Both the position numbers and the translations under genes were made by a program. A stretch of 64,000 bases of DNA from Candidatus Woesearchaeota archaeon. GTDB lineage: Archaea; Nanobdellota; Nanobdellia; SCGC-AAA011-G17; GW2011-AR17. Under the pieces are notes generated by a model. It saw only the letters and a list, made by a program, of their open reading frames with translations. It was not told where the DNA came from and did no database searches. Every line of letters begins with the position of its first letter. Position 1 is the stretch's first letter. This document shows, one piece after another, positions 49,696 to 59,334 of this stretch. Location of the stretch: assembly GCA_964411565.1 (NCBI GenBank), contig CAYPLB010000001.1, positions 180,757-244,756 of the forward strand, in the 5' to 3' direction.

Positions 49696-50656
49696 TTTTC
49701 CAAAAAGTTTCAATCTCATCAATTCTCCATCTTGGATTGATGTCAATTTTTTTTTGTTCTCTTTTATTTTCTAAAAATCCTTGGTAAGCAATCATTGCAC
49801 CTTGGTCACCAGCATATTCTAAAGAAACTGTATAAGATTTTGCTCCTCGAGCTTTGCACATTTCATGTAACATTTCTGAGAATCTTTTGTTTGCTGCAAC
49901 TCCACCAATTAATAGAACTTCATTTTTTTCACAATGTGCTAATGCTCTTTCTGTAACTTCAATTAACATTGCAAAACAAGTTTCTTGTAAAGAAAAACAA
50001 ATATCTTCTTTAGATTCTCCTTTGTTGTATAAGTTGATCGCTTTTGTTATAATTCCAGAGAAATCAACATCCATTCCTTTTACTTTATATGGTAAATCAA
50101 TTAATTTTCCTTTCTTTGCAAGTTGTTCAACTTTTGGTCCCCCAGGAAAACCTAACCCAATCTTTCTAGCAAATTTATCTAAAGCATTTCCTATAGCAAT
50201 TGATAAAGCTTCACCAAAAACTCTATATCTGTCACCCTCGTGTGCAATAACTTGTGTGTTTGCTCCTGAACAAAATAAGAAAATAGGGTCAGTTGCTTTT
50301 GTTGTGTTTAAACCAATTTCTAAGTGAGCAAGGATGTGATTTACTCCAATTAATTTTATGTTGTATTCCTTTGAAAGTTCTAAAGCAAAATCTCTTCCAA
50401 CTAATAATGCAGGTGCCATACCAGGACCTTCAGAATAAGAAATTAAATCAATGTCTTTCATAGAAAGTTTAGATTCTTGTAAAGCCTTCTTTAGAAGTTT
50501 ATTTTTCACTTCATTATGATGATCTGCGAGTTCGTTTGGAATCATTCCACCTTCTTCAGTTGTGAATGTGTCTTTAACATTAGTTAGTATTTTGTTGTTG
50601 TTTGTTATTCCTATTCCAAATGTATGAGCAGTTGACTCTATTCCTAAAACTTTCAT
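49685..50656 (-). CDS. kae1: KEOPS t6A synthase Kae1 (not fused to Bud32)
   Basis: GIESTAHT, VNH..AH, SGANTQ, GN.LDKFAR and GGVAAN motifs. Confidence 0.95.
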   Translation of the reverse strand: MKVLGIESTAHTFGIGITNNNKILTNVKDTFTTEEGGMIPNELADHHNEVKNKLLKKALQESKLSMKDIDLISYSEGPGMAPALLVGRDFALELSKEYNIKLIGVNHILAHLEIGLNTTKATDPIFLFCSGANTQVIAHEGDRYRVFGEALSIAIGNALDKFARKIGLGFPGGPKVEQLAKKGKLIDLPYKVKGMDVDFSGIITKAINLYNKGESKEDICFSLQETCFAMLIEVTERALAHCEKNEVLLIGGVAANKRFSEMLHEMCKARGAKSYTVSLEYAGDQGAMIAYQGFLENKREQKKIDINPRWRIDEIETFWKTKT

Positions 50657-50688
50657 TAGAAAAAGAAACTAAGTTTTGTTTTTAAAGT

Positions 50689-52104
50689 TTACTCTGAAAG
50701 TTTTTCACCTCTAGATTGACTTTCTATCCAACCTGAAGGAGTTATTTCAATGAACTCAGCATTTTCTTGCATTTCTTTTATATTCTTTGCTCCACAATAA
50801 CTAATTCCACTTCTTAAACCTTTTATTAAACTTTCAATTACTCCAGAAACTGGGCCTCTGTAGTCAACTAATATTGCTACACCTTCAACAAAAACATTAA
50901 TGTTTCTTTTATACTCTTTATTTTCTAATTTTTCTCTTCGTTCATGATTACTATCATAAGATGCAGATCCCATATATCTTTTGAATCTTTTTCCATTTTT
51001 CATTACTATTCTTCCAGGAGTTTCTTTTGTACCTGCAAAAAAAGAACCTGAAAAAACGGAATCTGCACCAGCAGCAATAGCTTTTGAAAGATCTCCGGGA
51101 TATTTTGCACCTCCATCAGCACAAACTGGAATGTTATGTTCTTTAGCAACTCTAACAACATCCATTATTGCAGTTAATTGAGGAATACCTGAACCTGAAA
51201 TTATTCTTGTTGTACAAACTGGGGAAGGACCAATACCAACTTTTAATCCGTCAGCACCAGCCTCAATCAAATCTTTTGCAGCTTCAGCAGTAGCTATGTT
51301 ACCTGTCATTAAGTCAATGCTAAAGTTTTGTTTAATTTCTCTTATTCTTTGAATTGCTAAATTTGAATGACAATGTGCTATGTCTAAAATAATTACATCA
51401 GCTCCTGCTTGAGCTAAAGCTGAAACTCTTTCTAATGTATCTTTAACTCCAACTGCAGCACCAACTCTTAAACTGCCTTTTAAATCTCTATTAGCATTTG
51501 GCCATCTTTCTAAAGTTTCAATATCAGTAGTTGTGATCAACCCTGCTAACCTTTCATTTTCAGTTAATATTAATTTTTCAATTCTATTCTTTTGTAATAT
51601 TGTTTTTGCTTCTTCTAAAGAAATGCCTTTTGGAGCTGTTATTAGTTTTTCTTTTGGAGTCATAATCTCTGAAATTTTTGTTGAATCTTCACTAAAAAGA
51701 TAATCTCTTCTTGTAAGAATTCCTCCTAGCTCATCACCTTGTAATACAATTAGACTAGTAACTCCAAATCTTTTCATGATCTCTTTTGCTTCTTTTAGAG
51801 AATAATAACTTTGAATTGTAAGAGGTTTTTCAATAATGTAAGAAGTACTTTTTTTAACCTTTTTTATCTCTTCAACTTGGTCTTGGATAGTTGAGAATTG
51901 GTGAATAACACCTAAACCTCCTTCTCTAGCCATAGCAATAGCCATTTTGTGTTCAGTAACTGTAGCCATATTGGAACTAATTAGTGGAATGTTTAAAGAG
52001 ACGTTTCTTGTGAATAAAGTTTTTATATTAGCTTCTTTTCTAGAATTTAAGGAAGTTCTCTTAGGAATTAATAGGACATCATTGTATGTTAATCCCTTTT
52101 TCAT
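50689..52104 (-). CDS. guaB: IMP dehydrogenase / GMP reductase family protein with CBS pair
   Basis: LTYNDVLLIP, GGLGVIH, GNIAT, KVGIGP..VCTTR, ADGG and VEGV motifs. Confidence 0.85.
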   Translation of the reverse strand: MKKGLTYNDVLLIPKRTSLNSRKEANIKTLFTRNVSLNIPLISSNMATVTEHKMAIAMAREGGLGVIHQFSTIQDQVEEIKKVKKSTSYIIEKPLTIQSYYSLKEAKEIMKRFGVTSLIVLQGDELGGILTRRDYLFSEDSTKISEIMTPKEKLITAPKGISLEEAKTILQKNRIEKLILTENERLAGLITTTDIETLERWPNANRDLKGSLRVGAAVGVKDTLERVSALAQAGADVIILDIAHCHSNLAIQRIREIKQNFSIDLMTGNIATAEAAKDLIEAGADGLKVGIGPSPVCTTRIISGSGIPQLTAIMDVVRVAKEHNIPVCADGGAKYPGDLSKAIAAGADSVFSGSFFAGTKETPGRIVMKNGKRFKRYMGSASYDSNHERREKLENKEYKRNINVFVEGVAILVDYRGPVSGVIESLIKGLRSGISYCGAKNIKEMQENAEFIEITPSGWIESQSRGEKLSE

Positions 52105-52187
52105 GACTAATTTTTAAGGAAATTGTCTAATTTATATATATTTATGAATTAGAGTAGTTTTAAATATCTGTAAAATATAATAGTATT

Positions 52188-52595
52188 ATGCCACAAGAAT
52201 TTTCAGTTGGAGCTGTAATTTATAATGGGAATGAGTTTTTGTTAGTGAAATATATACCTGGACATTGGGGTTTAGTTAAAGGTAAGCTTGAAGAAGGTGA
52301 AAGTAAAGAAGAAACTCTTAGAAGAGAATTATTTGAAGAGACTGGAATTAAAGGAGTATTTTTAGCAAAAGATTTTAGTGTTAGTGAAAAATATTTTTTT
52401 AAGAGAAAAGTTGGAACGGTGTATAAAGAAGTTGAATATTTGTTAGGTGAAGTGCAAGAAAAAGAAGTTAAATTGTCAAAAGAACATGTGGATTTTAAGT
52501 GGTTAAGGTTTGAAGAAGCTATGGCATTAATTACGTTTAAGTCTACAAAGAATGTTTTTAAAGAAGCTAATGATTATTTGAAATTACATGGTTAA
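52188..52595 (+). CDS. NUDIX hydrolase (Ap4A hydrolase-like)
   Basis: KG..E.GE...ETLRRELFEETG Nudix box; LSKEH. Confidence 0.9.
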   Translation: MPQEFSVGAVIYNGNEFLLVKYIPGHWGLVKGKLEEGESKEETLRRELFEETGIKGVFLAKDFSVSEKYFFKRKVGTVYKEVEYLLGEVQEKEVKLSKEHVDFKWLRFEEAMALITFKSTKNVFKEANDYLKLHG

Positions 52596-52597
52596 GT

Positions 52598-53236
52598 TTA
52601 AGCTGCTGCTTCTTCAAGAATATAAGTTGTTTCTGCTTCAATCTTTTTTGAATCTTTAACTAATTCTTTTAATTTCTTTATTGTTTTATCTGGAATTTCT
52701 GATTTTGGTGCAATTTTAATAATTTCTTCAGCAGCATCATGAATTGTTGATAAGTTACGAATTATATTTTTTATGTTAACATTTTTTGTAATTATAGGCT
52801 CTTTAGGGAGATCTAATTTTGGATGTGGTACTTTGTCTTTTATTGCTATTAGTTTGTCATTCATACCTAAAACTCCTGACATAATTTTTTTTCTGTTGTA
52901 TTTGCTAAGCATTTCATTAAAATTTGTAATTAGTGTTTTAATTTCATTTGCTGTCTCTTGGTCATCTAAACTAAGAAATAAATCTTCAGCTTTGTCTAGG
53001 ATTTCAATTGATTCATGTATGGTAACTCTGATAATATTATCTTCATAAGGTTTTTTGTTTTCTTGACTTAGAAGGAGATACCAATCTTTTATTGTCCTGT
53101 GAAGTTTCATGTAAATTTGAGTTTCATTAGTATATCTTTCTTTATTTTTTTCTTTAGGAGGAGGTAAAGTTTCAGAACTCCTTGTGTTAAAAAAAGTGTC
53201 TGTTATTTTTGTAAATAAATCTGCAAATGTTGACAT
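52598..53236 (-). CDS. hypothetical helical protein
   Basis: 212 aa; amphipathic N-terminus MSTFADLFTKITDTFF. Confidence 0.65.
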   Translation of the reverse strand: MSTFADLFTKITDTFFNTRSSETLPPPKEKNKERYTNETQIYMKLHRTIKDWYLLLSQENKKPYEDNIIRVTIHESIEILDKAEDLFLSLDDQETANEIKTLITNFNEMLSKYNRKKIMSGVLGMNDKLIAIKDKVPHPKLDLPKEPIITKNVNIKNIIRNLSTIHDAAEEIIKIAPKSEIPDKTIKKLKELVKDSKKIEAETTYILEEAAA

Positions 53237-53269
53237 GATGTTAAATAGGAGAAGTTTATTTAAATAATT

Positions 53270-54460
53270 TTAGGCTTTTGTCACAATCTCAACAACATCT
53301 CTATTTTTTAAAATATGATCTTTACCAACAGTTCTTTTTGTTTTGACATCTATAGCTCTAATGAAACCTTTTCCAATGTCAGTATGTAATCTAAAAGCGA
53401 AATCTAAAGCTGTAGATCCATTTTTTAGTAAAAAACAATCAGGAAGGACATTTCCATCTTTATCTTCAAGCTTATTTACACCACCAGGGAAAATTGCTAT
53501 CCTATCTAAAATTTCAAATACAACTTTGTCAATAGTATCTTGAATCCCTGTTGATCCAAATTTATTAATTACATTGTTTTGTATGAAATCAATTGCTTGT
53601 TTTTGTTTTTCTGATAAATCTCCTTTTATTTTTATATCTTTTTCACCAGGAATGTAATCAATTAATTCTTTTTTTGCAGCTTCTCTTAATGCTAATTCTG
53701 ATTCTGCAGAACAAGGAATTATTGTGTAATTTGGAAATTGTTCTTTTAATTTTTTTAAATTTGATTCACCAGAAGATACATCTACTTTGTTTGCAGCAAT
53801 AATCATAGGTTTTGTTTTTTCTCTTAATTTAGTGGTTAGTTTTTGAATTTGTTCTTCAGACCATTCTTCTAGGTTTGAAGGAAAACTTAATTCTTGCAAA
53901 GTTGATTTTGCAATATCTTCAGTAACTCTTAACCCTGAAAGTTGTTTAGCTATTGCTTTGTAAGATTCTAAATTTTCTTGTTTTGTTTGTCTTGCAAATT
54001 TTTCCCAACCTTTTCTAATTATTCTTAAGTACCATAAGTCTAGTTCATGTTCTAAAAATTTTATGTCATTAGCTGGATCGTAAGATCCTGGATCAACAGG
54101 CTCTCCCTTTTCATTAGTTGAACCTGAAACATCAATTACATGAATTAAGGCATTTGCTTGGTTAAGATCATCTAAAAATTGATTTCCCATTCCAGCACCT
54201 TCGCTTGCACCAGGAACTAAACCTGCAACATCTAATAAGTCAATTGGAACAAATCTTTTGTGATTAAGACAATAACCCATTCTAGGATTACATTGAGTTT
54301 CAAATTCTTTATCAACACAGTCAACTTTTACATAACCAACAGCATGATTTGGTTTGATAGTTGTAAATGGATAATTAGCTGTTTCAACTTCTGCTAAAGT
54401 TGAAGCCTTGAAAAAAGTTGATTTTCCTGTACTGGGTTTTCCTACAACGCCGATTAACAT
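53270..54460 (-). CDS. ychF: YchF/Obg family ATPase with TGS domain
   Basis: GKPSTGKST, YPFTTI, DVAGLV and NKVD motifs; C-terminal TGS domain. Confidence 0.93.
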   Translation of the reverse strand: MLIGVVGKPSTGKSTFFKASTLAEVETANYPFTTIKPNHAVGYVKVDCVDKEFETQCNPRMGYCLNHKRFVPIDLLDVAGLVPGASEGAGMGNQFLDDLNQANALIHVIDVSGSTNEKGEPVDPGSYDPANDIKFLEHELDLWYLRIIRKGWEKFARQTKQENLESYKAIAKQLSGLRVTEDIAKSTLQELSFPSNLEEWSEEQIQKLTTKLREKTKPMIIAANKVDVSSGESNLKKLKEQFPNYTIIPCSAESELALREAAKKELIDYIPGEKDIKIKGDLSEKQKQAIDFIQNNVINKFGSTGIQDTIDKVVFEILDRIAIFPGGVNKLEDKDGNVLPDCFLLKNGSTALDFAFRLHTDIGKGFIRAIDVKTKRTVGKDHILKNRDVVEIVTKA

Positions 54461-54498
54461 CTTTTTTTAGTTTAAGTTAAAGTTTAAATAAATTGTTA

Positions 54499-54708
54499 TT
54501 AAGTTTTTATTTTATAAGGAATTAGAAATGGATCTTCATATACCTTATCATCAGTTTTTGTGATAATGTTGTATTTAAGTAGATATTCTCATGAAGGAGT
54601 TAATTTTTCACAGGGAACATCCAGTCTAACTGAAAGTTGGACTGAATCAAGAGAGCCACTTAGCATATAATCGATAATTTCTTTTGTGTATTCTGGTAAT
54701 TGATCCAT
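54499..54708 (-). pseudogene. small ORF with an in-frame TGA (possible wHTH remnant)
   Basis: MDQLPEYTKEIIDYML...KLTPS*EYLLKYNII...KIKT*; TGA at 54589-54591. Confidence 0.35.
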
Positions 54709-54850
54709 AAGTTCATTTTATTTTTTAGATTATTTAAATTTATTTGTTTTCAGTTGTAATCTTTTTTATTTTATGAAGCAAAGGTTTATAAATGGTAAAA
54801 TTTCTTTTTATAAGAAATAGTTCAGTTGAATTATTTAATTAGGAGTAAAA

Positions 54851-55168
54851 ATGAAAGGAAAAGTAAAATTTTTTAGTGGTAGTAAAGGATATGGTTTTAT
54901 TACCGGAGACGATGGAAAAGACTATTTTGTACATATATCAGCAATCCCAGAAGGATTAAGATTGTACGAAGGTGATGATGTAAGTTTTGATGTAGCTGAA
55001 ACAGAAAGAGGAATGCAAGCTCAGAATGTTCAGAAGGTTGAAGGTGGAAGCGAAGAAGCTCCTGCTGAAGAAGCACCTGCTGAAGAAGCACCTGCTGAGG
55101 AAGCTCCTGCTGAAGAAGCACCTGCTGAAGAATCTGAAGAAAAAACTGAAGAAGAATCTGCAGAATAA
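54851..55168 (+). CDS. cold-shock domain protein with acidic repeat tail
   Basis: GKVKFF...KGYGFI...DYFVH RNP motifs; AGGAG SD site. Confidence 0.93.
   Translation: MKGKVKFFSGSKGYGFITGDDGKDYFVHISAIPEGLRLYEGDDVSFDVAETERGMQAQNVQKVEGGSEEAPAEEAPAEEAPAEEAPAEEAPAEESEEKTEEESAE
55052..55132 (+). repeat. 15-bp tandem coding repeat (EEAPA x5)
   Basis: Repeated units of the form gaagaagc[ta]cctgct. Confidence 0.9.
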
Positions 55169-55249
55169 ATTTAGTAAATTTCTTATATTTTTATTTTTTT
55201 ATTTTTATGCGAAAGTCTTTTAAATCTATAATTAATCTTTGATTCTATT

Positions 55250-55357
55250 GGCCCCGTGGCTTAGCCTGGTTATAGCGCCTGTCTTATATGACATCTATTC
55301 ATTTTGAATGGAATCTAAGCTAGCAGGAGGTCGTGAGTTCAAATCTCGCCGGGGCCA
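55250..55357 (+). tRNA. tRNA-Ile(TAT) with a 33-nt intron at position 37/38 (55289-55321)
   Basis: Acceptor GGCCCCG/CGGGGCC; anticodon stem CCTGT/GCAGG; canonical BHB with CTTA/TAAG helix and 3-nt bulges; GTTCAAATC. Confidence 0.9.
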
Positions 55358-55370
55358 TTTTATGATAAAT

Positions 55371-55856
55371 ATGGAAGTTTTAAAAAAATTTAAACCTCAA
55401 ATTGTTACTTTTGTGATTTCTAAAGGTAATGATGGAAAAATTTCTGGAATGGTAGCAGATTGGATAAGTCAAGTGTCTCATGACCCTCCTTTATTTATGG
55501 TTGCATTAAAGAAAAAAGGATATACTCAGAATTTAATTAGAGAATCAAAAGAGTTTATAATAGCAGTAGCAAATAAAGATTTAGAAAAAGCTATTGGAAT
55601 CTTTGGATATGTATCAGGAAAAAATGTTGATAAATTTGAAAAGACTGGTTTGAAATTAATAGATTCTAAAAAAATAAATGTACCTAGTTTGAAAGATGCA
55701 ACAATGAATTTAGAGTGTAAATTAGAAAAAGAAGTTGATGCCGGTGATCATTATATTTTTATTGGAAAAGTTTTGAATGGAAATTATGATGATAATAAAA
55801 AATTTTTAGTTAATTTAGGTTGGAAAGGAAAAATTAGAGTTTTTGAAGAAATTTAA
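55371..55856 (+). CDS. flavin reductase-like FMN-binding protein
   Basis: S..PP, SG...DKF, LEC and GDH motifs; start moved downstream of the tRNA. Confidence 0.88.
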   Translation: MEVLKKFKPQIVTFVISKGNDGKISGMVADWISQVSHDPPLFMVALKKKGYTQNLIRESKEFIIAVANKDLEKAIGIFGYVSGKNVDKFEKTGLKLIDSKKINVPSLKDATMNLECKLEKEVDAGDHYIFIGKVLNGNYDDNKKFLVNLGWKGKIRVFEEI

Positions 55857-55901
55857 TTTTGAGTAAGCTTTATATATTTTATAATATAGTTATTGTTTAA
55901 G

Positions 55902-57737
55902 ATGGTATTTGTAAAAAGAGGTTTGGTAATATTTTTAATTTTATTGTTAGGCATAAGTTTTGTATCTGCTGAAGTTTGGCAGGAACAAGAATCTGGAACA
56001 ACTTTAGATCTGTATACAGTTCATTTTGCAGATGAAAATGAAGGTTGGGCTGCAGGAGGAGATGCATTTGGAAATAATGTAATTCTTCATACTATAGATG
56101 GTGGAGAAGAATGGACTCCACAAACAAGTCCAAATGATATGGGGGTTTATGGTATTTGTTTCTGGGAAAATGATTATGGTTTTGCTGTTGGTTCTGATAA
56201 TGTTGTTCTTTATACTAGAGATGGTGGAGAAGAATGGTTAGAGTTAACAATTCTTGATGCAATATCTTTTTGGGATGTAGATTGTGTTGGGGAAGGTGAA
56301 GCTTATGCAGCAGGTGATGGTGATTTTCCAGCAATTAGGTTATTTGATGAAGGATGGACAACTTTGTTTGTAGATGAAACTTATAGTTTGAAAGGAGTTG
56401 ATTTTATTGAAGATGGACATGGTTACTTTGTTGGTGATAATGGTGCTGTTTTTAAAGTTGATAGTGATGCTGATTTTGATCTAAGAGCAGAAGAAGTAGC
56501 AACTATTGTAAGAAGTGGTATTGGGATTGGTTTAAATGATGTACACTGTTTAGATATGGAAACTTGTAAAGTTGTAGGAAGTGGACAATATGTTTATACT
56601 GGACCAACTGAATCAGGATCTTTTTGGACTTCTGAAGAAGCAGGTACAATAGTATCTGGTTTTTGGGGAGTGCATTATCTTAGTGAAGATCTAGGATGGG
56701 TTTCTGGACAAAATAGTATAAGACATATTGAAGATGGTGAATGGGTAAATGATGTAGCGAATATTGGAGGCTCAGAAAGTTCGTTTATCTCAGCTGCTAA
56801 TATGATGAAAGATATTACTTTTGTGGGTAATGTTGGATATGCTGTAGGAGATAGTGGAGTTATCTTGAAGTATACACCAGAATGTGCAGAAGTGGAAGAA
56901 CCTGTGTGTGAAGAAGGAGAAATGTTATTGGAGTTTAGAGATGAAGATGGTTGTATAGAAACATATGCTTGTGTAGAAGGTGAAGAAGAAGATACTTGTG
57001 AAGAGATTGAAGAGATAGAGTGTGAAGAAGATGAAGTGTTGTTAGAGTTCTATGAAGATGATTGTTTAGTTGAGTATGCATGTGCACCAACAGCTGAAGA
57101 GGAAGATGAGTGTCCTGAAGTTGATGAATTTGAGTGTGATGAAGGAGATACATTAATTGAGTATACAGATGAAAATGATTGTGTTATTGGATATCTTTGT
57201 CAGATAAATCCAGAACCTTATGTGGTTTATACAGTGGATGATGATGATGAAGAAATGACTTGTCAGGAGCAATATAGAGAATGTTTAGAAATGTATCCAT
57301 ATAATCATGCATATTGTGATGGAACATATGAGTTCTGTGATGGTTTAGATGAAGTTTTAGATGAATTCTTAACAAAAGGTGGATAAGAAGCAGCAATTTA
57401 TGCTTTAGTTGAAGAATCTTTTAGTGGAGGAGGAGCATCTGAGTATCTTGAAGGAGCAAATGTAAATGTCTATATTGAGCAGAAAGATGGAACTCAACTA
57501 ATTATGGGTATTAAAATTAGTGAAGAAGGTGAGTATAGTATTGGTGATGAAGCAATAGAAAAAGCAACTTATTCTGTGTATATTACAGAGGATGCGATAA
57601 ATGAGTTTTCAAGTTCAGAAGATTTTGTTAAAACTCTAAAAGCGCAATTGAAAAGTGATGGAGTAGAAGTTAAAGCAAGTGGTTTTATGCCTAAGATAAA
57701 GTTGACAGTGATTAAGCTTTATTTATTCTTTGCTTAA
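55902..57737 (+). pseudogene. secreted YCF48/BNR beta-propeller protein with acidic Cys repeats, interrupted by an in-frame TAA at 57384-57386
   Basis: T.DGGEEW repeats; the frame continues without stops from 57387 into ORF 57504-57737. Confidence 0.7.
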
Positions 57738-58060
57738 TTTTTTTTTAATTTTTTGAACAGATCTAAAGCACCAATTGTAACACCCATAATTCCAGGAAAA
57801 GAAGCATTAGCTCCAACAAGATGTAAGTTTTCTATAGGAGTTTTACTTGTAATTCTATTATAATTAATATTTTTTGGAGTTAATCTGCATCCATAAACAT
57901 TACCTTTTGGGATATTTAGTATTTTTTCCATGTCCACAGGGGTATGAATTATTTTTTTATCAATATGTTTTCTAATAGAAGGTAAATAGTTTTTTTCAAC
58001 AATGTCGATAATAATGTCATATGTTTCTTTTACTTTTTTGTTATATTCTTTTTTATTTGA
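57734..58060 (-). pseudogene. C-terminal remnant of a phytoene-desaturase-like FAD oxidoreductase
   Basis: LPSIRKHI...TP.D......GNVYG...TPIENL.LVG....PG; no N-terminal part is present. Confidence 0.65.
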
Positions 58061-58086
58061 CTGGTTAAACTTTTCCCTTTGTTTAA

Positions 58087-59334
58087 CTATTTTCTTTTTG
58101 TTTCTTGAATATATTGATTAAATTTCTTTTCGTTTTTTTGTCTCATTTTCATGAAGATCAGAATAAAAATACCTAGTAGAATTATTATCATTATTATACC
58201 AATTACAGTTGTACCTGACATACCTTCTTCTTGTGTAGGATAATTTAATTGGGATTCATCTAATACTATAGGGTCTTGTGTTTCTACAACTTCTTCTTCT
58301 TCAACTATCTCTTCTTCTTCTTCTCCCTCAATTGTGATTTCTATTTCTAAGCTAGCAGAATATAATTCATTTGAAAGAATTAATTCACCAGAGTAAACTC
58401 CTGGCTCAGAAGATTTATTCTTATTTGCCCAAATATATTGAGATTGTGTTTCTCCAGCTTTTATTTCTTCAATAGAGGTTATATTTAACTCTAAGACTTC
58501 ATCTAAATTTCCAGTAAGAGAAAATTCTAAGTTGTAAATACTCTCATTCAAATTATTAATAAAATTTAAGTAACCCTCAAAAGATTCTTCTGGAGTTAAA
58601 GGAATTTCAGCTTTATCTTTTGTTGTAATAAAACTTAATGCTTCTGTGACTTCTTCTTCTACTATTTCTTCTTCAATTGTAATGTTTGTTTCAGTAATGT
58701 TAGTTTCTTCTATAGTTTCATTAATAATTTCTTCTTGAGCAAGTTCTCCAGAAAATATTATAGGGATTGAGTAAGTTCCTGAACCATAAGATAAAGTGAT
58801 TTCAGAGTCTGAACTTATACTTGAATAAGTGTAATCTGAATAAAGGTTTCTTGTTTCTTCATAAGTCATTGATAATGCACTTTTTCTTGGAGAAATTTCT
58901 GAATCTGTAGATGAAATTTGTACAGTAATTGGTTCTCCTGAATTAGTTAGTTCTAGTTTGAATGATTCTTCATTTTCATCAAGAACTATTATTCCTGGTT
59001 TTACTTGTAAAGCAAAATCTGTTGAAGAAACTGTAAAATTTGCAACCATAGATTTAACAATAAGTTTGTAATCTCCAAGTAAATCTGAGTTAAGATTAAA
59101 ATAAATTAAATATTGGTCTTCTCTAAATTCTGAGATTAAGGGTGTGATGGAAACTAAGTTGGATGAATTGTCCATAAGAGAAATTTGTGATGTTGAAATA
59201 GAAGTATTTGTAACAAAAGCTTGTAATGTTTCACCAGCATTGTATTCAGTATCTAATAAAGTTAATTCCTCAGCAGAAACTATATTGATTAGTAATATAC
59301 AAAAAAAAATAGTAATAAGAGTTTTTTTTATCAT
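58087..59334 (-). CDS. acidic membrane-anchored surface protein
   Basis: Signal peptide, beta-rich body, C-terminal TM. Confidence 0.8.
   Translation of the reverse strand: MIKKTLITIFFCILLINIVSAEELTLLDTEYNAGETLQAFVTNTSISTSQISLMDNSSNLVSITPLISEFREDQYLIYFNLNSDLLGDYKLIVKSMVANFTVSSTDFALQVKPGIIVLDENEESFKLELTNSGEPITVQISSTDSEISPRKSALSMTYEETRNLYSDYTYSSISSDSEITLSYGSGTYSIPIIFSGELAQEEIINETIEETNITETNITIEEEIVEEEVTEALSFITTKDKAEIPLTPEESFEGYLNFINNLNESIYNLEFSLTGNLDEVLELNITSIEEIKAGETQSQYIWANKNKSSEPGVYSGELILSNELYSASLEIEITIEGEEEEEIVEEEEVVETQDPIVLDESQLNYPTQEEGMSGTTVIGIIMIIILLGIFILIFMKMRQKNEKKFNQYIQETKRK

Noticed and set aside
55308-55370. N-terminal extension of the flavin reductase ORF
   Set aside because: Lies within the tRNA-Ile gene; the real start is 55362 or 55371.
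54499-57737. Stop-codon reassignment suggested by two in-frame stops
   Set aside because: The two stops differ (TGA and TAA), and all three stop codons end intact genes elsewhere in the window.
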